From assembly GCA_963663385.2 (NCBI GenBank), contig CAXXXD010000002.1:1728001-1792000 (forward strand): 64,000 nucleotides of DNA. The letters run 5' to 3'. The stretch is from Oceanispirochaeta sp. Its GTDB lineage: Bacteria; Spirochaetota; Spirochaetia; DSM-2461. Within the stretch, counting starts at the first letter, position 1; every line of letters begins with the position of its first letter. A program made the translations under genes and the position numbers. Under the pieces are notes generated by a model that saw nothing but the letters and a program-made list of their open reading frames with translations, was not told the DNA's origin and ran no database searches. This document shows, one piece after another, positions 58,414 through 64,000 of this stretch.

Positions 58414-59589
58414 TCAAGAATCCGCAGTCTGTATTTTACCCCGTATTTCAAGAATTTCCCGGTTATTAAGGACCGTTGTAATTTTGAGCCCCTCTTCCTC
58501 CCGGGATTGAATGACCGGCTGTTCCTGCAGCTGGTTGTGATTGGCATCCAGAAGCAGTTTCACCGTAGGATAGCGAAAATCCTCAGAATTTGTATCTACT
58601 ACTACTCCTGTGTAGTTGTTTTCCAGAACCACATAACTCCCGAGAGGGTAGATAGAGAGAAGACTAAGGAGAGCCTTCATTACTTCCTCATCATAATGAG
58701 AGCGCATTTCCTTCAGCATTCCGGTTAAACTGGTATGGGCGTCACGGCTGTTTCTGAAGGGACGGTGGGATATCTGGGCATCGTAGGAACAGGCTACCGC
58801 AATGATTTTTCCGAAACGGGATATTTTAGAAGCATCCAATCCCTGGGGATAGCCGGAACCATCAGTCCTTTCGTGATGTTCCAGTACACCAAGCAGAACA
58901 TCACGGGGCAGTGAGAAGTCTCTGAGAGAACGGAACCCGAGTACCGTATGGGCATTTATCACTTTCTTTTCTGCAGCGGTCAGAGCCCCTTCCTTCTGGT
59001 ATATTTTACTGGGTATCTGCAGCATGCCGATTTCATGAAGCAGGGTGGCTATACCGAGTTCTATCAGTTTAAAGTTGGGCATCTTCATCTTCTCTCCGAT
59101 GGCAAGAGCCAGAACTAGAGAGCGTACAGAGTGAACAATATTATAATCGATGTTTTTCTCGAAATTCAATTCCTGAAAACGAAGGACATATTTTTCATCC
59201 TCCCGGATAATGGAAATGGCTTTTTTTACCTCTTCCGTAATAAAACTGACGTTGAGTATATTATCTTCCTTAAAACGGTTAAGGATTTTTTCTGTAAAGG
59301 GAACCAGTCCATCATAGAACGCCTGAGCCCGTGCCAGACCTTCTCGGTCTTTCACATTCTGATCAAGTGTCGCCCCCTTGGAGGTTGAGGCAGGGGACTT
59401 GGCCGGGGCTTCCCTGCCGACGGGAGAACCTTCTGTCGAAAGATCGTTAAATCCCCATGCTGCAAGATTTCTGATAAGTTCTGCCGAAACAGGTATGTCG
59501 GGTGTAAGCAGTATGTAGTTTTCGCCAAGAAAGACGGAAGATTCAAAATACATTCCCTCTTTCAGGCTCTTTGTCTCGATCCTGTTCAT
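58414..59589 (-). CDS. HD-GYP domain protein (variant HE motif)
   Basis: LKEGM N-terminus, HSVR, LLHEIG, HT..G, HHERTDGSGYP and YPLGS.V. Confidence 0.9.
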   Translation of the reverse strand: MNRIETKSLKEGMYFESSVFLGENYILLTPDIPVSAELIRNLAAWGFNDLSTEGSPVGREAPAKSPASTSKGATLDQNVKDREGLARAQAFYDGLVPFTEKILNRFKEDNILNVSFITEEVKKAISIIREDEKYVLRFQELNFEKNIDYNIVHSVRSLVLALAIGEKMKMPNFKLIELGIATLLHEIGMLQIPSKIYQKEGALTAAEKKVINAHTVLGFRSLRDFSLPRDVLLGVLEHHERTDGSGYPQGLDASKISRFGKIIAVACSYDAQISHRPFRNSRDAHTSLTGMLKEMRSHYDEEVMKALLSLLSIYPLGSYVVLENNYTGVVVDTNSEDFRYPTVKLLLDANHNQLQEQPVIQSREEEGLKITTVLNNREILEIRGKIQTADS

Positions 59590-59663
59590 TATTCTCCTAC
59601 TTTCGCTTGGTTGACCCAGTAATGGATATAATCTACACTACTTCCATTATAGGAGCAACTACG

Positions 59664-60479
59664 ATGAAATTTAAAACCATTTTTTTCCTGTTTAATGGAA
59701 TAATACTGTTTTCTTTCCTATTTATCGCTCTTATGCCCCTGTTTGTTCTCGGAGGGGAATACACACTGATTTTCTGGGGAGAAAACTGGTTTCTCGCAGT
59801 TATCTTCCTTCTATTTATATCGGTTCTTGATACCTATTTCATTATCAACTGGAAGATGTTTTCTCTTTTGGAGAAGGAAGACTGGCCCGGTTTAACCGCT
59901 TACCTGGAGCAGCAGATCTACGACAAAAAAAGGATCACCCACAGAAATGTCCGTATGATGGTGAATACATCTCTTACTGTTTCGAATCTGGATAAGATAA
60001 GCCGTCTGGAGAAGGAGATAAGGGAAAAAAAATATGACTGGTTATCCCGTTACGGCACCATGCTTGGTATCCCCTACCTTCTGAGTCAGAATTATAAAGA
60101 AGGAAAGGATTTCTTTCAGGAGTGTCTGAATAAAGCCAAACCGGGGGATACTCCCTGGCTTCAATGGTGTTATGCCTTTATTCTTATCTCAAACCAGGAG
60201 CTGGAAGACGCGTTTCCCTACCTGAAAACCCTGGGAAGCAGTGTAAAGGACCCCGTACTGCAGATGCTCTCTCTCTATTTACAGGACTCTACAAAAGCAG
60301 GAAGTGAAAAAGCGGATGAAATGAATTCGCTGAAAGAGGATTTCCTGAAGCGATTCCCGGATAAAAAAAGTCTGGAACGAATACTGAATAAAACACGCAG
60401 CAATAATATTACAGTACTTCTTCTTTCCAGTATACTGGATGATAGTTTGAAATGGATGTATGGAGAAGCTGATGCGTAA
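59664..60479 (+). CDS. Hypothetical membrane protein
   Basis: RBS AGGAG before the ATG at 59664; two N-terminal TM segments and a helical C-terminus. Confidence 0.78.
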   Translation: MKFKTIFFLFNGIILFSFLFIALMPLFVLGGEYTLIFWGENWFLAVIFLLFISVLDTYFIINWKMFSLLEKEDWPGLTAYLEQQIYDKKRITHRNVRMMVNTSLTVSNLDKISRLEKEIREKKYDWLSRYGTMLGIPYLLSQNYKEGKDFFQECLNKAKPGDTPWLQWCYAFILISNQELEDAFPYLKTLGSSVKDPVLQMLSLYLQDSTKAGSEKADEMNSLKEDFLKRFPDKKSLERILNKTRSNNITVLLLSSILDDSLKWMYGEADA

Positions 60480-61686
60480 TATTAAAAAGTCCCATAAGCT
60501 GGATAATGTCTGTTACGATATCCGGGGACCCGTCTTGAAAGAGGCTGTCCGTCTGGAAGAAGAGGGTTATCGTATCCTGAAGCTGAATACGGGGAATCCC
60601 GCTGTATTCGGATTCGATGCTCCCGATGAAATACGTCATGATATTATCTGCAACCTTCTGGATGCTCAGGGATACAGTGATTCCAAGGGTGTTTTTTCCG
60701 CCAGAAAAGCTGTAATGCATGAGTGTCAGCGGCTGGGAATCAAAGGGGTGGATATTGAAGATATCTATCTGGGAAACGGTGTGAGCGAGCTGATTTCAAT
60801 AGCCATGCAGGGGCTTCTGGACAATGGAGATGAGATCCTGATCCCCATGCCCGATTATCCACTCTGGACGGCCGCTTCTGTTCTGGCAGGGGGGAGCGCG
60901 GTGCATTACAGGTGTGATGAAGAAGCCGGGTGGATCCCTGATCTGAAGGATATTGAAAGTAAGGTCAGTTCGAAAACAAAGGGTATTGTGGTTATCAACC
61001 CCAATAATCCTACAGGCAGCGTTTATCCCAAAGAGATTCTTGAAGGGATCCTTGCCATTGCCAGAAAACATAGCCTGATTGTTTTTTCCGACGAGATTTA
61101 TGACAAGATTCTCTATGATGACAGTGTTCACTACCCGATGGGATCTCTGGCGGATGATCTGCTTATTATAACATTCAACGGATTGTCCAAATCCTACAGG
61201 GCCGCCGGTTTCAGAGCCGGATGGATGATTTTGAGTGGCGACAAGAGGCATGCCAGAGACTATATCGAAGGTCTTGATATTCTGTCCAATATGCGTCTTT
61301 GCAGTAATGTGCCCGCACAGCTCGGTATCCAGACTGCTCTTGGTGGATATCAGAGCATAAAAGATCTGGTTAAACCGGGAGGCCGTCTGCTGGCACAGCG
61401 GGATTTCTTTTATGAAAAACTGATTTCCATTCCCGGAATCACCTGTGTCAAACCAAAAGGCGCTCTGTATATGTTTCCCAGACTGGATACAAAAAAGTTC
61501 AATATCAGAAATGATGAAAAGCTTATCTACGATATTCTGACGGAGACCAGGACCCTTCTTGTTCAGGGTACAGGTTTCAACTGGGATGCACCCGATCATT
61601 TCAGGATGGTTTTTCTGCCGGATCTGGAAGTTCTCGCTCTGGTAGCGGAACGTCTGGAGAAGTTTTTTGCTTTGTATAAGCAGTAG
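60472..61686 (+). CDS. alaA: PLP-dependent class I aminotransferase (alanine transaminase AlaA type)
   Basis: KL.NVCYDIRGPV, GNGVSELI, NPNNPTG, DEIYDK, NGLSKSYRAAGFR and QGTGFNW. Confidence 0.92.
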   Translation: MRNIKKSHKLDNVCYDIRGPVLKEAVRLEEEGYRILKLNTGNPAVFGFDAPDEIRHDIICNLLDAQGYSDSKGVFSARKAVMHECQRLGIKGVDIEDIYLGNGVSELISIAMQGLLDNGDEILIPMPDYPLWTAASVLAGGSAVHYRCDEEAGWIPDLKDIESKVSSKTKGIVVINPNNPTGSVYPKEILEGILAIARKHSLIVFSDEIYDKILYDDSVHYPMGSLADDLLIITFNGLSKSYRAAGFRAGWMILSGDKRHARDYIEGLDILSNMRLCSNVPAQLGIQTALGGYQSIKDLVKPGGRLLAQRDFFYEKLISIPGITCVKPKGALYMFPRLDTKKFNIRNDEKLIYDILTETRTLLVQGTGFNWDAPDHFRMVFLPDLEVLALVAERLEKFFALYKQ

Positions 61687-61821
61687 GAAACCCACCGGGG
61701 AAGGGTGATCTGTATTTATATAAAAAAATCAAATTATCTAAAAAATAAAGTGGAATCTCTTTGTTTCTTCTGCTAATATTTTACACATCACACATAAACC
61801 TTTTCTTTTAAGGAGAACTCA

Positions 61822-62424
61822 ATGAAAAAGACTATATTAATCCTCACAAGCCTGCTGCTGTTCAGCACCAGTGTATTTGCTGCAAGAATAACACCCTTTC
61901 AGGTAGATATTCCCGAAGCTCAGAAAGAAATCGAATCACTTTCCCAGAAAAACAGCGATATGGAAGCTGAAAATGCAACTATGCAGGCGGAAATTGACAA
62001 ACTGGAAACAGAAATCACGGATATGGAAGCTCTGAAAAGAGAAGTTGCTATTACCATGGGCAAGGTAAAAAAACATGCCGGAGAACTCTACAGCCTTTTC
62101 CAGAATGTAAATGACGCCGAACTGAAATCCAAACTGAACGGCCAGATCAGCGAAAACAGAAAACAGCGCTATGCCCTGGAGAAAAAATCCGATGAGCTGT
62201 CGGCGCAGATCAATGATCATCAGAGTGAGATAGAACTGAACCGCCGCTACATCAGCGCCAACAATGTTCAGATTGACAAGAACACCTACAGAATCGATGT
62301 TCTGGATGCCAGCATCAAGTTTACCGAAAGCGAAAGTGTATCTCTGGACTCTACCATTGAACAGTCCCAGACTCTTCAGTCTGAAGTTGACAGCCTGATC
62401 AGCCAGAATCCTGTTTCTGAATAA
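61822..62424 (+). CDS. Exported coiled-coil protein
   Basis: RBS AAGGAG, signal peptide ending in VFA, heptad-rich body. Confidence 0.8.
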   Translation: MKKTILILTSLLLFSTSVFAARITPFQVDIPEAQKEIESLSQKNSDMEAENATMQAEIDKLETEITDMEALKREVAITMGKVKKHAGELYSLFQNVNDAELKSKLNGQISENRKQRYALEKKSDELSAQINDHQSEIELNRRYISANNVQIDKNTYRIDVLDASIKFTESESVSLDSTIEQSQTLQSEVDSLISQNPVSE

Positions 62425-62447
62425 TCTTTTGAATCAGATCTGATTTG

Positions 62448-62479
62448 AACCCGTCCGAACCGGACGGGTTTTCTGTTTT
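62448..62479 (+). terminator. Intrinsic terminator
   Basis: AACCCGTCCG-aac-CGGACGGGTT followed by a T-rich tail. Confidence 0.8.
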
Positions 62480-62559
62480 ATAAACAGGCCCTCTGGTCAT
62501 TTCGAAGGGAAATGAATATAATCACTTATTAAATTCTGTCAAATCTGAAAGGATATATC

Positions 62560-64000
62560 ATGTCAGTGCGTGTTCGCTACGCTCCGTCCCCCACCGGGCT
62601 GCAGCATATCGGTGGAGTCAGAACGGCGCTTTTCAACTACTTTTATGCCCGGGCCAAAGGCGGCCAGTTTATTCTGAGAATAGAAGATACGGACCGGGAA
62701 CGTTATAACGATGAATCCCTCCAGGATCTGTACGATACCCTGGAATGGCTGGGAATCGATTGGGATGAAGGACCCGGCAAAGGGGATTACGGACCCTATG
62801 TGCAGTCCGAAAGATTCGATCTCTATCAGGAGTATGCCCGGAAGCTTCTGGATGATGGCAAAGCCTACTACTGTTTCTGCACGGCCGAACGGCTTGATGC
62901 TGTTCGTGAGGAGCAGAAAAAGCAGAAATCGAAGAATCAGGGTTACGATCGGCACTGCCGGGATCTTGATCCTGCAGAAGCTCTGAAGAGAAAGGAAGCG
63001 GGAGAACCCTGTGTAATCCGTCTGAAGGTTCCCATGGAAGGGAAAACCACCTTTCACGATGAGATTATGGGAGATATTACCCGGAAAAACAGCGATGTCA
63101 GTCCTGATCCGGTAATTGTTAAAACCGACGGTTTTCCTACTTATCACCTGGCTAATGTCATTGATGATCATATGATGGGGATTACCCATATCATGCGGGC
63201 CCAGGAGTGGATCCCCTCAGGGCCTTTACATGTTCTGCTGTATCAGGCTTTCGGCTGGGAAGCTCCCAGGTACTGTCACCTTCCCCTGGTAATGGGAAAG
63301 GACGGATCCAAGCTCTCCAAGCGTCATGGGGCTACATCCCTTAGGGACTTCAGGCTGGGCGGTTATCTTCCCGAGGCGATAATCAACTATATTTCTTTAT
63401 TGGGGTGGTCTTTCGATGATTCAAGAGAATTTTTTTCCCGGGAAGACCTGGAAAAGCTTTTTACCCTTGAAAAGCTGAACAAGGCTCCTGCCGTTTTTGA
63501 TTACAGAAAACTGGAATGGTTCAACGGGCATTACATCCGTCAGAGAGATCCCGAATCCCTTAAAGCGCTTCTCCTGCCCATTCTTCAGGCTGACGGAGTT
63601 GTTTCCGATCCTGTAACAGATAAGGAAATGGCTATTTTTGACGGAGCTTTTCCCCTGATCAGGGAACGTCTTAAGCTGACGACCCAGGTTTCGGAAATGA
63701 TCCGCTTTCTCTTTAAGGAGATTGAAAGTTATACCACAGCCGATGCGGTTCCCAAAAAAATGGAGGCTTCCGATGTCCCCGGGATTCTGGATTCCTGTGC
63801 GGCTCTTCTGGACGGATTTGAAGCCAGAAGCGATGAAGAGAACGAGAAGCTTTTCTATGATAAAGCGGAGGAGCTGGGAATCAAGATGGGGCAGATTCTG
63901 CAGCCCCTGAGAGTGGCAGTTACAGGAACGAATATTTCCCCGCCCCTGTTCGAATCCATCCGCCTGCTGGGGGCAGAGAAATCAGAAGCCCGTATCCGGG
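62560..64000 (+). CDS. gltX: Glutamate--tRNA ligase (3'-truncated by the window edge; absent from the ORF track)
   Basis: Own translation gives MSVRVRYAPSPTGLQHIGG, LRIEDTD, PTYHLANVIDD and KLSKRHG. Confidence 0.95.
   Translation, partial: MSVRVRYAPSPTGLQHIGGVRTALFNYFYARAKGGQFILRIEDTDRERYNDESLQDLYDTLEWLGIDWDEGPGKGDYGPYVQSERFDLYQEYARKLLDDGKAYYCFCTAERLDAVREEQKKQKSKNQGYDRHCRDLDPAEALKRKEAGEPCVIRLKVPMEGKTTFHDEIMGDITRKNSDVSPDPVIVKTDGFPTYHLANVIDDHMMGITHIMRAQEWIPSGPLHVLLYQAFGWEAPRYCHLPLVMGKDGSKLSKRHGATSLRDFRLGGYLPEAIINYISLLGWSFDDSREFFSREDLEKLFTLEKLNKAPAVFDYRKLEWFNGHYIRQRDPESLKALLLPILQADGVVSDPVTDKEMAIFDGAFPLIRERLKLTTQVSEMIRFLFKEIESYTTADAVPKKMEASDVPGILDSCAALLDGFEARSDEENEKLFYDKAEELGIKMGQILQPLRVAVTGTNISPPLFESIRLLGAEKSEARIR

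Noticed and set aside
60796..61695. 299 aa minus-strand ORF opposite alaA (likewise 62563..63189 opposite gltX)
   Set aside because: Antisense to clearly identified genes; no recognisable protein features.
1..64000. CRISPR arrays, tRNA/rRNA genes, transposases, integrases, prophage or anti-phage defence genes
   Set aside because: No repeat-spacer periodicity, cloverleaf or diagnostic protein motifs seen by eye; a covariance-model or profile search could still find elements missed here.

Overview
Gene-dense bacterial chromosomal segment with about 50 CDSs and no rRNA, tRNA, CRISPR array or recognisable mobile element. The repertoire and signal-peptide style suggest a free-living spirochaete (inference only). 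Most genes are housekeeping or metabolic: two ilvBN operons, gltBD, cmoAB, ygiQ, djlA, rbgA, DAHP synthase, hisI, alaA and a partial gltX. There is also a sugar-type ABC importer with a PHP hydrolase and an AraC sensor-regulator, and several cyclic-nucleotide signalling proteins. The strongest candidate for an undescribed system is at 1-3267. A PPDK homologue has lost the ATP-grasp catalytic residues but kept its phospho-His and PEP-binding machinery. It lies 33 bp downstream of a protein whose C-terminal domain looks like a divergent HPr, suggesting a PPDK-derived, Enzyme-I-like PEP phosphorelay. Other notable items: a candidate sigma28-driven antisense sRNA with an anti-Shine-Dalgarno loop (16.1-16.3 kb); an ATP-grasp/pseudo-M20 fusion coupled to a specificity-shifted GGT; an unannotated GT-A-fold enzyme; a DHH gene without a canonical start codon; and an unknown protein ending in a beta-clamp motif. 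All motif comparisons were made by eye and no database searches were run.
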